This document shows, piece by piece, positions 45,310 through 56,655 of a DNA stretch of 64,000 bases. How positions within the stretch are numbered: the stretch's first letter is position 1; each line of letters opens with the position of its first letter. Below the pieces are notes generated by a model. It worked only from the letters and a program-made list of their open reading frames with translations. It was not told where the DNA came from and searched no databases. This DNA is from Escherichia coli (GTDB lineage Bacteria > Pseudomonadota > Gammaproteobacteria > Enterobacterales > Enterobacteriaceae). The stretch is from assembly GCF_044324875.1 (NCBI RefSeq), contig NZ_CP172187.1; one strand, given 5' to 3'. The position numbers and the translations under genes are program-made.

Positions 45310-46671
45310 ATGACATTAGCAGCAATCACCATGACCGCCCCGGAAGCCGCCAACCCTGTGCAGATGTACCGCGCGACCTACTCACCGGATGACAACAAAC
45401 TGCGCCTGTATGCCGCGTCACGTCTTGACCCGGAGACGTATAAAAAAGTGCATGATGCCGGTTTTCGCTGGGCACCCAAACAGGCGCTGTTTGTCGCGCC
45501 AGCCTGGACACCGGGCCGGGAAGACGTGCTCCTCTCACTTGCCGGAGAGATTGAGGATGAAGACAGCACGCTCGCTGAACGTCAGGAAGCACGGGCGGAG
45601 CGGTTTACCGGATACAGCGGAAAGCGGGCCAGTGAATCCGCACAGGCACTTGATGAAGTGGAAAGACTGGCCGCGATGATCCCGCCCGGTCAGCCCATTC
45701 TTGTGGGGCATCACAGCGAACGCCGCGCCCGTCGTGATGCGCAGCGTATTGAAAACGGCATGAAACGTGCCGTGATGCTCTTTGAGCGTGCGGAATACTG
45801 GGAGGAGCGGGCGCGGTCGGCACTGCTTCACGCGAAGTATAAAGAACGCCCGGACGTTCGCTGGCGTCGTATCAAAAAAATCGAAGCGGATTTGCGCAAG
45901 GCTGAAAAGACCATCGCGCAGTCGCAGAAATATCTGACGATGTGGCGGGCTGAATCGCTGGATCTGAATATGGCAAAACTCATCAGCAGTCATGACCATA
46001 TCAGCGCCTGTTTCCCGCTGGACAGGTATCCGCGCCCGGCAGAAAAAAGCCAGTATGAAGGAAGTCGATCGTTATGGTCGGCCCTGGATGATGACATCAT
46101 CACCACGGAGCAGGCCCGCGAAATTGCGATCCGCTGTCATGAACGGCAGATTCAGCATCAACAACGCTGGGTTAACCACTATCATAACCGCCTGATCTAT
46201 GAGCGTGCCATGCTGGACGAAAGCGGCGGCGTGGTTACCCGGACACAGGATTTTGAGCCGGGCGGACAGGTTTTCAGCCGGGGCGAGTGGCTGACCATCA
46301 TCCGCGTGAACAAAAGCAACGGGGCGGTGAGTTCAGTCACAACGCCGAATTACAGTTTTCTCGGGTACAGCGGCACGATGAAAGTGACACCCGATCGCAT
46401 CACGGACTACAAAGCACCATCGGCAGAAGAGGCTGCCGTCGCCAGTCAGGCCGCGAAGCGTCCGCCGGTAGTCAACTATCCGGGGGAAGGTTTCCGGGAA
46501 ATGACAAAGGCGCAGTGGGCCGCCCTGCCCCGGGACTGTAAGGCCGTGCGCAGTGTGGCAGAGACAGAAGACCACGGGGCATACCGCTACCGCCGCACAA
46601 TGGACAATAATTTCCGCCTGGTGAATGTGTATATCACTGACATGAAAATCACGGAAATCCCACAGAAATAA
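45310..46671 (+). CDS. Hypothetical leading-region protein (453 aa, possibly DUF3560-like)
   Basis: Long ORF with AGGAG RBS before MTLAAITMTAPEA; family assignment from memory only. Confidence 0.5.
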   Translation: MTLAAITMTAPEAANPVQMYRATYSPDDNKLRLYAASRLDPETYKKVHDAGFRWAPKQALFVAPAWTPGREDVLLSLAGEIEDEDSTLAERQEARAERFTGYSGKRASESAQALDEVERLAAMIPPGQPILVGHHSERRARRDAQRIENGMKRAVMLFERAEYWEERARSALLHAKYKERPDVRWRRIKKIEADLRKAEKTIAQSQKYLTMWRAESLDLNMAKLISSHDHISACFPLDRYPRPAEKSQYEGSRSLWSALDDDIITTEQAREIAIRCHERQIQHQQRWVNHYHNRLIYERAMLDESGGVVTRTQDFEPGGQVFSRGEWLTIIRVNKSNGAVSSVTTPNYSFLGYSGTMKVTPDRITDYKAPSAEEAAVASQAAKRPPVVNYPGEGFREMTKAQWAALPRDCKAVRSVAETEDHGAYRYRRTMDNNFRLVNVYITDMKITEIPQK

Positions 46672-46717
46672 GGTATATCCCCCCGGGAAATCCCCGGGGG
46701 ATGACGGAGATAATGAC

Positions 46718-47281
46718 ATGCACAGTCAGTTAAGAGAACGTATCCGGCTGATGCGCGCAAGGCTGGATAACGCCGCGCCGGTTGCTGAAATCCGGGCTGA
46801 ATCTCAGCTTTTTGTGACTCCTGCCCCGGTCTGTGATCGCCTGGTGACGCTGGCGGAAATCAGCAACCGTGATCACATTCTGGAACCCTCTGCCGGCACC
46901 GGGGCCATACTGCTGGCGATTCGGGATACCGCGCCGGAGGCCATGTGTGATGCGGTGGAGATTAACAGCGGGCTGGTCCGGTATCTGCGGGAAAATTTTA
47001 ACGGTGTCAGGGTACAGTGTGGCGACTTCATGGAATGGCAGCCGGTGCAGTATTACAGCCGGATCATTATGAATCCGCCGTTCAGTCACGGGCAGGATAT
47101 CCGGCATATCCTGCGGGCTTTTTCCCTGTTGCGTCCGGGGGGCGTTCTGGTTGCCGTCTGTCTCAACGGGCCGCGCCAGCAGGAGAAGCTGTTACCGTTT
47201 TCTGACGTCCGCGAGGAGCTGCCGCGCGGCACGTTTGCTTATACCGATGTCCCGACGATGATTATTCGTTTGCGTGCCTGA
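46718..47281 (+). CDS. Small SAM-dependent methyltransferase (NPPF motif), putative orphan DNA methylase
   Basis: 187 aa; ILEPSAGTGAILLAI AdoMet motif and IIMNPPFS catalytic motif. Confidence 0.65.
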   Translation: MHSQLRERIRLMRARLDNAAPVAEIRAESQLFVTPAPVCDRLVTLAEISNRDHILEPSAGTGAILLAIRDTAPEAMCDAVEINSGLVRYLRENFNGVRVQCGDFMEWQPVQYYSRIIMNPPFSHGQDIRHILRAFSLLRPGGVLVAVCLNGPRQQEKLLPFSDVREELPRGTFAYTDVPTMIIRLRA

Positions 47282-47460
47282 TGACACAGGGCTGGCGGGA
47301 GGATAAATGCCCGTCTGTCCGCGCCGGGAAAAGACCGCGCGCCGGTGGCGCTGAAAGGGGCCGCGCTCACGCGCCGCCCCTTTCATTACGCGGACGTTCT
47401 GATGGGGGCTTCTGTCTTTTCAGACCTGTCATTTGTCTGTTACTGATGATGTTGTTGTTC

Positions 47461-47526
47461 CTGCTACTGCTACTGCTACTGCTACTGCTACTGCTACTGC
47501 TACTGCTACTGCTACTGCTACTGCTC
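47461..47526. repeat. Hexanucleotide tandem repeat (CTGCTA)x11
   Basis: Perfect 66-bp array; absent from the corresponding position in the other two family B copies. Confidence 0.85.
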
Positions 47527-47543
47527 TTCTTTTTCCTGCTGCT

Positions 47544-48147
47544 CTGATTCTGACTACTGCAGTGTTGTTCTGTCTGCCGGGCGCACCTTCGGCTCCCGGC
47601 TGCCTGGCGGCATCCGGTCGTCAGGCCCGACTCCGACAGGCAGCTGCTGGCGCACCTGCCAGTCTCCGCCGAACCCGCTGGCGCGGTTTCGGGCTGCCGC
47701 TACGGTCCGATGCGTGAAAACCCGGCTTGCAGCGACCGTTCCGGTCGCGCCGCCCCTGTCGCGCCGTGACCTGCGCTCCAGGCATCCCGGCAAAAAGACG
47801 CCGGGATGTAAGGCGCAACGCCGTTTCGCAAACCGCGCTTCACGTCGTTGCGGCGGGTCCCTGCCCGTTGTTGTGTCCGGTGCCATTCACCTGTTTAAGC
47901 CCCTGTCGCCGGGGGCTGATACAGCCACAACCTGCCGCACTGACTGTCCAGGGTAAATGAACAGCCCACAAAATTTTTTACCCAAAACCCGGTAAAAAAT
48001 TTTGCGTTCTGCCCAGGACAGGTGCGTCAGGCCGTGGCAGTGATGCCCCATGCGGCGAAGGTTCTCAAACAGGTGATGGTGAATACCGGAGGGAACAAAG
48101 AGCAGGTCCCCGCAAAACGTCAAAACCGCGGCTCCCGAAACTCAACA
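47544..48147 (+). repeat. Leading-region GC-rich repeat, family B copy 2, immediately upstream of ssb
   Basis: Near-identical to 44184-44788 and 55606-56210. Confidence 0.7.
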
Positions 48148-48187
48148 GATGATGGGGGCTGAAAACATCAACAGAAGGAGACACATC

Positions 48188-51100
48188 ATGGCAGTTCGTG
48201 GCATTAACAAGGTCATTCTTGTCGGTGTGCGCCGTTGAAGCGCGGTGTTTTATGGAGTGTTGCCTGAAAAGCAACATGGCTTAGTGGTATAGCCATTGCA
48301 TACTGTGGTTAGCCTTGCTTGGTAACAGGCTCGGAGATCCTGAAAAGGAGAGGTGAACATAGCATCCACAGAAAAGGGTGGTGAATATGGAAATCGTTAT
48401 AAGTATCACCATTCAATGCAAGATGTATATGGATAAACTGGGTTTGTTGAAGTCGAGATCTATGTGGGAAACAGGAAACCAATAACGCAGAACGATTGAA
48501 GCGTTATTCCCGTACTAGCACAAGAAATCCGTCCGACGTTGATTGTGACCACTCTAACGGGCCAGCTATTGATGAAATAGTTAAACGATCGAAAGACATC
48601 CTAAGTACATCGCATCTCCACACCGTGAAACTACGGGACTACCTAAACTGGATTTATACCCAGCATGGTAGCGGAGTCTCCATAGTACTCAAGGTCGGCC
48701 TGTAATGGGTTCCGGCAGTCCGCATTATACGGAAGCAGCAAAGGTATAAATCAACCGGAAGGAAGATGAAAGCCTCACAGTGCTGCGGGGAAGGGAGACA
48801 GTTGTTAGATACATCAATCTCTAAGAGGAGGGTTAGCCAATGCTGCCTGATGAACTTGAGAAAAGATTAGATGGAATTGAGGATGCTTCAAAAAAAGGGT
48901 ATCCAGTACGTAATCTATACAAAATTGCGTGTGAGCCCGGACTGTGGCTGCAAGCCTACGTGAATATACGGGCCAATGCAGGTGCACTGACTCAAGGTGT
49001 ATCAACAGATACCATTGATGGCTTTTCTATCGAAAGAGCAGAGAAGCTGGCAAAAACATTGCGGAGTAGAGAATACGTAGCGAAACCTGTACGCAGAGTT
49101 CAGATCCCAAAAAAGGACGGAAAAACCAGACCGCTGGGGATTCCAGGTGGAGACGATAAACTGGCGCAAGAAGTAGCAAGAATTATTCTGGAAAGGGTTT
49201 ATGAACCAGTATTCTCTGAACACTCTCATGGATTCAGACCAAAACGTTCGTGTGAAACTGCGCTCAGATCTATTCGTCCAGTCTGGAACGGAGTTAAATG
49301 GATCGTGGATGTTGATATCAAAGGTTTCTTTGACAATATCCCCCACAAACTATTGCTGAATACACTGGCAGAGAAAATTAAGGATAAGAATTTCCTGAAA
49401 TTAATCGAACAGTGGCTGAAGGCAGGATATGTGGACAATTGGAAATACCATCGCTCATATTCTGGCACGCCACAAGGTGGGATAATTTCTCCCTTACTGG
49501 CAAATATATACCTCGACAAACTGGACCGTTTTGTAGAACAGAATTTAATTCCTGCATATACAAGCGGTACAAAACGAAGAGCGAATCCAGATATGAACAG
49601 GCTGGCCCATAAGATTCATAAACTACGAAAGAAAGTAGACGGTATGGCAACTGATTCTGAATCAGAAAAAGAAGCCATAAAGAAAGAAATTGAACGACTG
49701 CTTGAAGAAAAACGTTCTATACCATCTCAGGTCATGAACGATCCAAACTTCAGGCGTATGTACTATGTTCGATATGCTGATGACTTCGTAATCGGTGTCA
49801 TCGGCTCGAAGAAAGATGCTGAACATATATCAAGACAGGTCAGAAACTTTATTACTACTTCACTGGGATTGGAAGTTAATGAAGCAAAGACCAGGATCCG
49901 CCATATCTCAGAAGGAGTTAATTTTTTAGGCTATGAAATCAGACAGGCAGATGCAAAGAAATTGCTGAAGCAGAAAATGCAAGGGCGGCACGCTCTCCGG
50001 AGATCCACCACAGGAATTGTGCAGCTCTTCGTTCCTGACAATATAGCCGCTAAATTTTGTCACCAAAAGAAATATGGCTGTTATGAGAATGTGAAGGCTG
50101 TACATCGTTCAAGTCTACAAAATCTCAGTGAAGCTGAAATTGTTCTGACTTTCAACGCGGAAATGCGCGGATTGGCGAACTACTACAGTCTGGCGCTGGA
50201 CATGAAATATAAATTATCAAAATTATATTTCATATGGCAAATAAGCCTTTTTAAGACCCTGGCGAATAAACGACGTAGTTCAGTGAATAAAGTCGCCAAA
50301 TCGCTACGGCAAAATAATGGAGATCTGGCTATTACCGTTCAGGCCAAAAATGGATCCCGAAAGATTGAGGTTTTCAAACTCAAACATGTCAATCGCAACC
50401 GAACAACGATTGTCGATACGGAACCGAGAACCGCACATATCACAACCCGCACAACAGAGATCATGCGTCGATTAGGGGCAAGGATCTGCGAGTATTGTGC
50501 GAAGACTGGGCGCTGCGAAGTACATCATGTCAGAAAGCTAAAAGACCTGAAGAAAGGTCGTAAGGCCGGATATAAACCCAGCTTGTGGCAACTAATGATG
50601 ATCGCACGCCGCCGGAAAACGATGATTTTGTGCGCAAGTTGCCACGACAAGTTACATAGCGGAAAACTACCCGATTTGAGACAGGAAAAGGGAAGAATAC
50701 TCCTGCAACCACCTGTCTCAAGCGGGGATTCTGCTAAATGAGTTTATCCCCAATAAGCTAGCAATGGAGAGCCGTATGCACTGAAAGGTGCACGTACGGT
50801 TCGGAGGGGGGGTAACGGTGATCTAACTCAAGATAAGCAGGACATATTCGCCATTTATCTTGAAAGACCACACGTACCCTACCCTACCGTCTGGGAAAAG
50901 ATCCGGAAGTCCGTTACATCCCAAACGGGGGCGCAGTGGCAAACCTGCAGGTGGCCACGTCAGAAAGCTGGCGCGACAAACAGACGGGGGAGATACGGGA
51001 GCAGACAGAATGGCATCGCGTGGTGCTGTTCGGCAAGCTCGCGGAAGTGGCTGGTGAGTATCTGCGCAAGGGCGCGCAGGTCTACATCGAAGGTCAGCTT

Positions 51101-51376
51101 CGCACCCGTAGCTGGGAGGATAACGGTATCACCCGTTACGTCACCGAAATTCTTGTTAAGACCACGGGCACCATGCAGATGCTGGGACGTGCCGCAGGTA
51201 CTCAGACTCAGCCGGAAGAGGCGCAACAGTTCAGCGGTCAGCCTCAGCCGGAATCACAGCCGGAACCGAAAAAAGGAGGCGCGAAAACGAAAGGCCGTGG
51301 ACGTAAGGCCGCGCAGCCGGAGCCTCAGCAGCCGTCTGAACCCGCGTATGACTTCGATGACGACATTCCGTTCTAA
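48188..51376 (+). CDS. ssb: Plasmid single-stranded DNA-binding protein Ssb, interrupted by a group II intron (exon 1 48188-48226, exon 2 50888-51376)
   Basis: Exon 1 [13 protein letters not shown]; exon 2 [35 protein letters not shown]...DDDIPF; joined frame gives a 175 aa SSB. Confidence 0.8.
48227..50887 (+). mobile_element. Group II intron (about 2.66 kb) inserted in ssb
   Basis: Starts GTGCG; domain V-like GAGCCGTATGCACTGAAAGGTGCACGTACGGTTC at ~50768; encodes RT/maturase/HNH protein in domain IV. Confidence 0.8.
48840..50741 (+). CDS. Group II intron-encoded protein: reverse transcriptase, maturase and HNH endonuclease domains
   Basis: 633 aa; RT motifs incl. [13 protein letters not shown]-terminal HNH/Zn motif [17 protein letters not shown]...CASCHDKLH. 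Confidence 0.85.
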   Translation: MLPDELEKRLDGIEDASKKGYPVRNLYKIACEPGLWLQAYVNIRANAGALTQGVSTDTIDGFSIERAEKLAKTLRSREYVAKPVRRVQIPKKDGKTRPLGIPGGDDKLAQEVARIILERVYEPVFSEHSHGFRPKRSCETALRSIRPVWNGVKWIVDVDIKGFFDNIPHKLLLNTLAEKIKDKNFLKLIEQWLKAGYVDNWKYHRSYSGTPQGGIISPLLANIYLDKLDRFVEQNLIPAYTSGTKRRANPDMNRLAHKIHKLRKKVDGMATDSESEKEAIKKEIERLLEEKRSIPSQVMNDPNFRRMYYVRYADDFVIGVIGSKKDAEHISRQVRNFITTSLGLEVNEAKTRIRHISEGVNFLGYEIRQADAKKLLKQKMQGRHALRRSTTGIVQLFVPDNIAAKFCHQKKYGCYENVKAVHRSSLQNLSEAEIVLTFNAEMRGLANYYSLALDMKYKLSKLYFIWQISLFKTLANKRRSSVNKVAKSLRQNNGDLAITVQAKNGSRKIEVFKLKHVNRNRTTIVDTEPRTAHITTRTTEIMRRLGARICEYCAKTGRCEVHHVRKLKDLKKGRKAGYKPSLWQLMMIARRRKTMILCASCHDKLHSGKLPDLRQEKGRILLQPPVSSGDSAK

Positions 51377-51389
51377 CGAAAGACAGTGA

Positions 51390-51665
<276 letters not shown>

Positions 51666-51728
51666 GAGAGGTGCCGGACGGGAACGCGTCCGGCAGACAT
51701 ACAACCATCCCGGTCAAAGGAGAAATAT

Positions 51729-53686
51729 ATGTCAGTTACAGAGTCTAAGACAAAAACGGAGCGTAAATCCAGCCGTAAACCTGCAAAAACGCAGGAAACT
51801 GCACTGTCTGCCCTGCTGGCGCAGACGGAGGAAGTGAGCGTGCCGCTGGATTCACTGATTAAATCACCGCTGAATGTGCGCACGGTGCCGTATTCTGCGG
51901 AGTCCGTCAGTGAACTGGCTGATTCCATTAAGGGAGTCGGCCTGCTGCAGAATCTGGTTGTTCATGCCCTGCCAGGTGACCGTTACGGTGTCGCCGCAGG
52001 TGGTCGCCGACTGGCAGCACTCAACATGCTGGCAGAGCGTGACATCATTCAGGCTGACTGGCCTGTCCGCGTGAAAATTATTCCGCAGGAGCTGGCGACG
52101 GCTGCATCGATGACCGAGAACGGTCATCGTCGGGATATGCACCCTGCCGAACAGATTGCCGGATTCCGCGCAATGGCGCAGGAAGGCAAAACACCTGCGC
52201 AAATCGGTGATTTGCTGGGCTATTCACCCCGCCATGTCCAGCGAATGCTGAAACTGGCTGACCTTGCGCCTGTCATCCTCGATGCGCTGGCAGAAGACCG
52301 CATCACCACCGAACACTGTCAGGCGCTGGCGCTGGAGAACGACACCGCGCGTCAGGTGCAGGTGTTTGAAGCCGCTGCCAGTCAGGATGGGGTGGAAAAC
52401 CGGATGTGCGGGTTATCCGCAACCTGATTACGGAAAGTGAAGTGGCGGTGAAGGACAACACTAAATTTCGCTTTGTGGGGGCTGATGCTTTCTCGCCTGA
52501 CGAACTGCGCACCGATTTGTTCAGCGATGACGGGGACGGTTATGTCGACCGCGTGGCGCTCGATGCCGCCCTGCTGGAAAAACTCCAGGTTGTTGCAGAG
52601 TCCCTTCGGGAAGCAGAAGGCTGGGAATGGTGCGCCGGGCGCATGGAGCCAGTCGGTGAGTGCCGTGAGGATGCCGGAACATACCGCTGTCTGCCGGAGC
52701 CGGAAGCGGTGCTGACGGAGGCGGAAGAAGAACGCCTGAACGAACTGATGACGCGTTACGACGCGCTGGAAAACCAGTGTGAGGAATCCGACCTGCTGGA
52801 AGCAGAAATGAAGCTGATGCGCTGCATGGCGAAGGTCAGAGCGTGGACGCCGGAGATACGTGCCGGAAGCGGTGTGGTGGTGTCCTGGCGTTATGGCAAC
52901 GTATGTGTCCAGCGTGGTGTGCAGTTGCGCAGTGAAGATGACGCGACTGACGACGCTGACCGCACGGAACAGGTGCAGGAGAAAGCGTCAGTGGAGGAAA
53001 TCAGTCTGCCACTGCTGACGAAAATGTCTTCCGAACGCACGCTGGCAGTCCAGGCGGCACTGATGCAGCAACCGGACAAATCCCTGACACTGCTGGCATG
53101 GACGCTCTGCCTGAATGTGTTTGGCAGCGGAGCGTACAGTAAACCAGCACAAATCAGCCTGGAATGTAAACATTATTCGCTGACCAGCGATGCGCCGTCA
53201 GGGAAGGAAGGTGCCGCATTCATGGCGCTGATGGCAGAAAAAGCCCGTCTTGCGGCCCTGTTACCGGAGGGATGGTCACGGGACATGACGACATTCCTTT
53301 CACTCAGTCAGGAGGTGCTGTTATCCCTGCTCAGTTTCTGCACCGCGTGCAGCATCCACGGCGTTCAGACCCGCGAGTGTGGTCACACGTCACGCAGCCC
53401 GCTGGACACGCTGGAGAGCGCCATCGGTTTTCACATGCGCGACTGGTGGCAGCCGACAAAAGCAAACTTCTTCGGACACCTGAAAAAGCCGCAGATTATC
53501 GCAGCCCTGAATGAGGCAGGACTGTCCGGTGCCGCACGGGACGCGGAGAAGATGAAGAAAGGCGATGCGGCTGAACATGCAGAGTTCCATATGAAAGACA
53601 ACCGCTGGGTGCCTGGCTGGATGTGTGCACCACGTCCACAGACGGATACCACTGAACGCACTGATAACCTGGCTGATGCCGCCTGA
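51729..53686 (+). pseudogene. ParB-like nuclease domain protein gene, split by a +1 frameshift near 52400
   Basis: ORFs 51729-52427 and 52406-53686 overlap in different frames; first part has ParB/Srx-like N-domain; combined length about 650 aa. Confidence 0.6.
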
Positions 53687-53737
53687 TGAACAACCACACC
53701 GCCCCGCCGGAGACGGGGCGGCAGCAAGGGAGATACC

Positions 53738-54175
53738 GTGATGAAAACTGAACTGACCCTGAATGTCCTGCAGACCATGAACGCACAGGAATATGAAGAT
53801 ATCCGTGCTGCGGGAAGCGATATGCGCCGTAATCTCACTCACGAGGTGATGCGTAAAGTGGACGCACCGGCTAACTGGATGATGAATGGCGAGTATGGCA
53901 GTGAGTTCGGGGGCTTTTTCCCCGTCCAGGTTCGTTTCACGCCAGCCCACGAACGTTTTCACCTGGCGTTATGTTCACCGGGCGATGTCTCTCAGGTCTG
54001 GGTGCTGGTTCTGGTGAATGCCGGTGGTGAGCCGTTTGCGGTGGTTCAGGTGCAGCGGCGGTTTGCACCGGAAGCTGTCAGCCATTCACTGGCACTGGCG
54101 GCGTCACTGGATGCGCAGGGGTACAGCGTTAACGACATCATTCATATCCTGATGGCGGAAGGAGGTCAGGCATGA
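53738..54175 (+). CDS. psiB: Plasmid SOS inhibition protein PsiB
   Basis: [38 protein letters not shown]... Confidence 0.9.
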   Translation: MMKTELTLNVLQTMNAQEYEDIRAAGSDMRRNLTHEVMRKVDAPANWMMNGEYGSEFGGFFPVQVRFTPAHERFHLALCSPGDVSQVWVLVLVNAGGEPFAVVQVQRRFAPEAVSHSLALAASLDAQGYSVNDIIHILMAEGGQA

Positions 54176-54891
54176 GCGCACGTTCACAGGCACTGGTTCC
54201 TCTCAGCACAGAGCAACAGGCCGCATGGCGGGCGGTGGCGGAGACCGAAAAACGCCGCCATCAGGGTAACACGCTGGCTGAATATCCGTATGCGGGTGCG
54301 TTTTTCCGCTGTCTGAACGGAAGCCGCAGGATATCGCTGTCTGACCTGCGATTTTTCATGCCGTCCCTGACCGCAGAAGAACTGCACGGCAACCGTCTTC
54401 AGTGGCTGTATGCCATCGATGTGCTGATTGAAACACAGGGCGAGGTCTGCCTCCTTCCCCTTCCCGGTGATGCAGCAGAGCGCTTGTTCCCGTCGGTGCG
54501 GTTTCGTGTCAGGGAACGCAGTCGCCATAAATCCGCGCTGGTCATGCAGAAGTACAGCCGCCAGCAGGCGAGGGAGGCAGAGCAGAAAGCCCGTGCGTAC
54601 CAGGCGCTGGTCGCTCAGGCTGAAATCGAACTGGCATTCCATTCGCCGGAAACAGTCGGAAGCTGGCATGCACGCTGGAGTGACCGGGTGGCAGAGCATG
54701 ACCTGGAAACCCTGTTCTGGCAGTGGGGCGAGCGTTTTCCGTCACTGGCCGGAATGGAACGCTGGCAGTGGCAGGATATGCCGTTCTGGCAGGTTATTGC
54801 GGAAGCCAGTCTTGCAGCAAGAGAGGCCGGTCACGCTGTCCGTGAGATGGAGCGGTGGATGGTGCCGAACAAACTCCGGGAGGCAGCGTGA
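54172..54891 (+). CDS. psiA: Plasmid SOS inhibition protein PsiA
   Basis: 239 aa, overlaps psiB stop. Confidence 0.85.
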   Translation: MSARSQALVPLSTEQQAAWRAVAETEKRRHQGNTLAEYPYAGAFFRCLNGSRRISLSDLRFFMPSLTAEELHGNRLQWLYAIDVLIETQGEVCLLPLPGDAAERLFPSVRFRVRERSRHKSALVMQKYSRQQAREAEQKARAYQALVAQAEIELAFHSPETVGSWHARWSDRVAEHDLETLFWQWGERFPSLAGMERWQWQDMPFWQVIAEASLAAREAGHAVREMERWMVPNKLREAA

Positions 54892-55112
54892 TGCGGCAAC
54901 AATCACACGGATTTCCCGTGAACGGTCTGAATGAGCGGATTATTTTCAGGGAAAGTGAGTGTGGTCAGCGTGCAGGTATATGGGCTATGATGTGCCCGGC
55001 GCTTGAGGCTTTCTGCCTCATGACGTGAAGGTGGTTTGTTGCCGTGTTGTGTGGCAGAAAGAAGATAGCCCCGTAGTAAGTTAATTTTCATTAACCACCA
55101 CGAGGCATCCCT

Positions 55113-55325
55113 ATGTCTAGTCCACATCAGGATAGCCTCTTACCGCGCTTTGCGCAAGGAGAAGAAGGCCATGAAACTACCACGAAGTTCCCTTGTCTGG
55201 TGTGTGTTGATCGTGTGTCTCACACTGTTGATATTCACTTATCTGACACGAAAATCGCTGTGCGAGATTCGTTACAGAGACGGACACAGGGAGGTGGCGG
55301 CTTTCATGGCTTACGAATCCGGTAA
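55113..55325 (+). CDS. mok: Mok/FlmC-like overlapping reading frame of the hok/sok-type locus
   Basis: 70 aa ORF overlapping hok in another frame. Confidence 0.5.
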   Translation: MSSPHQDSLLPRFAQGEEGHETTTKFPCLVCVDRVSHTVDIHLSDTKIAVRDSLQRRTQGGGGFHGLRIR

Positions 55326-55329
55326 GTAG
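55171..55329 (+). CDS. hok: Hok/FlmA type I toxin (52 aa); antisense Sok-like RNA expected just upstream on the opposite strand
   Basis: [52 protein letters not shown]; below the 60-aa ORF track cutoff. Confidence 0.8.
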   Translation: MKLPRSSLVWCVLIVCLTLLIFTYLTRKSLCEIRYRDGHREVAAFMAYESGK

Positions 55330-55605
55330 CAACCTGGAGGCGGGCGCAGGCCCGCCTTTTCAGGACTGATGCTGGTCTGACTACTGAAGCGCCTTTATAA
55401 AGGGGCTGCTGGTTCGCCGGTAGCCCCTTTCTCCTTGCTGATGTTGTACGGGCATGAACAACCTGACTTCAGGAAGGTCGTTTCCCTTCAGGAACGGGGA
55501 TGAACGCGCGCCTGCGGCGCCCGTTCTTTTCCCCCGCCTTCTCTGGTTATGGCCTGTCAGAAATCACATCACCTTCCCTGTGATTATTCTCTTTTTCTTC
55601 CTGCT

Positions 55606-56210
55606 CTGATTCTGACTACTGCAGTGTTGTCCTGTCTGCCGGCGCACCTTCGGCTCCCGGCTGCCTGGCGGCATCCGGTCGTCAGGCCCGACTCCGACAG
55701 GCAGCTGCTGGCGCACCTGCCAGTCTCCGCCGAACCCGCTGGCGCGGTTTCGGGCTGTCGCTACGGTCCGATGCGTGAAAACCCCGGGCTTGCAGCGACC
55801 GTTCCGGTCGCGCCGCCTCTGTCGCGCCGTGGCCTGCGCTCCTGGCATCCCGGCAAAAAGACGCCGGGATGTAAGGCGCAACGCCGTTTCGCAAACCGCG
55901 CTTCACGTCGTTGCTGCGGGTCCCTGCCCGTTGTTGTGTCCGGTGCCATTCACCTGTTTAAGCCCCTGTCGCCGGGGGCTGATACAGCCACAACCTGCCG
56001 CACTGACTGTCCAGGGTAAATGAACAGCCCACAAAATTTTTTACCCAAAACCCGGTAAAAAATTTTGCGTTCTGCCCAGGACAGGTGCGTCAGGCCGTGG
56101 CAGTGATGCCCCATGCGGCGAAGGTTCTCAAACAGGTGATGGTGAATACCGGAGGGAACAAAGAGCAGGTCCCCGCAAAACGTCAAAACCGCGGCTCCCG
56201 AAACTCAACA
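55606..56210 (+). repeat. Leading-region GC-rich repeat, family B copy 3
   Basis: Near-identical to copies 1 and 2. Confidence 0.7.
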
Positions 56211-56249
56211 GATGATGGGGGCTGAAAACCAGAGAGAGGAGAAAGCTGG

Positions 56250-56537
56250 ATGAGTACCCGAAATATCCACGTTAACACCGCGTCGTACACGATTCTTGTT
56301 GCCGGGAGGGAAAAAAACACCGGGGAAGAGTGGGACGTCCTGGAATTCAGCAGCCTGACTGAGCTGAAAAAATATCGCAAAAGCCACCCGGAAAAGATGG
56401 CCTTCAGCTATAGCTACGCGCTCAGCCGGGGTGTGGATACGCAGTTCCGCCATATCAACATTGCGGAAGCCGATCACTTCAAACAGTTCCTGCGTCAGAT
56501 TAAGCGTGCCGGCCTCGATATCCGGGCGATCTGCTGA
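56250..56537 (+). CDS. Leading-region protein (F orf95-like, 95 aa)
   Basis: 95 aa ORF directly downstream of repeat copy 3. Confidence 0.5.
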   Translation: MSTRNIHVNTASYTILVAGREKNTGEEWDVLEFSSLTELKKYRKSHPEKMAFSYSYALSRGVDTQFRHINIAEADHFKQFLRQIKRAGLDIRAIC

Positions 56538-56655
56538 CCGGATGTGATGAATATCCCTCCTGATTGTTGCAATCTTGTTAATGGAGATCGGGAGAGATGA
56601 TATTAAGCGGAAAAATTTTTTATTAAATTTATTCTTTCATAAAGGAGTAGCTGTT

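Noticed and set aside
47281-47547. 88 aa ORF with a poly-leucine tract
   Set aside because: The poly-Leu run is the translation of the (CTGCTA)x11 tandem array; no RBS or conserved context.
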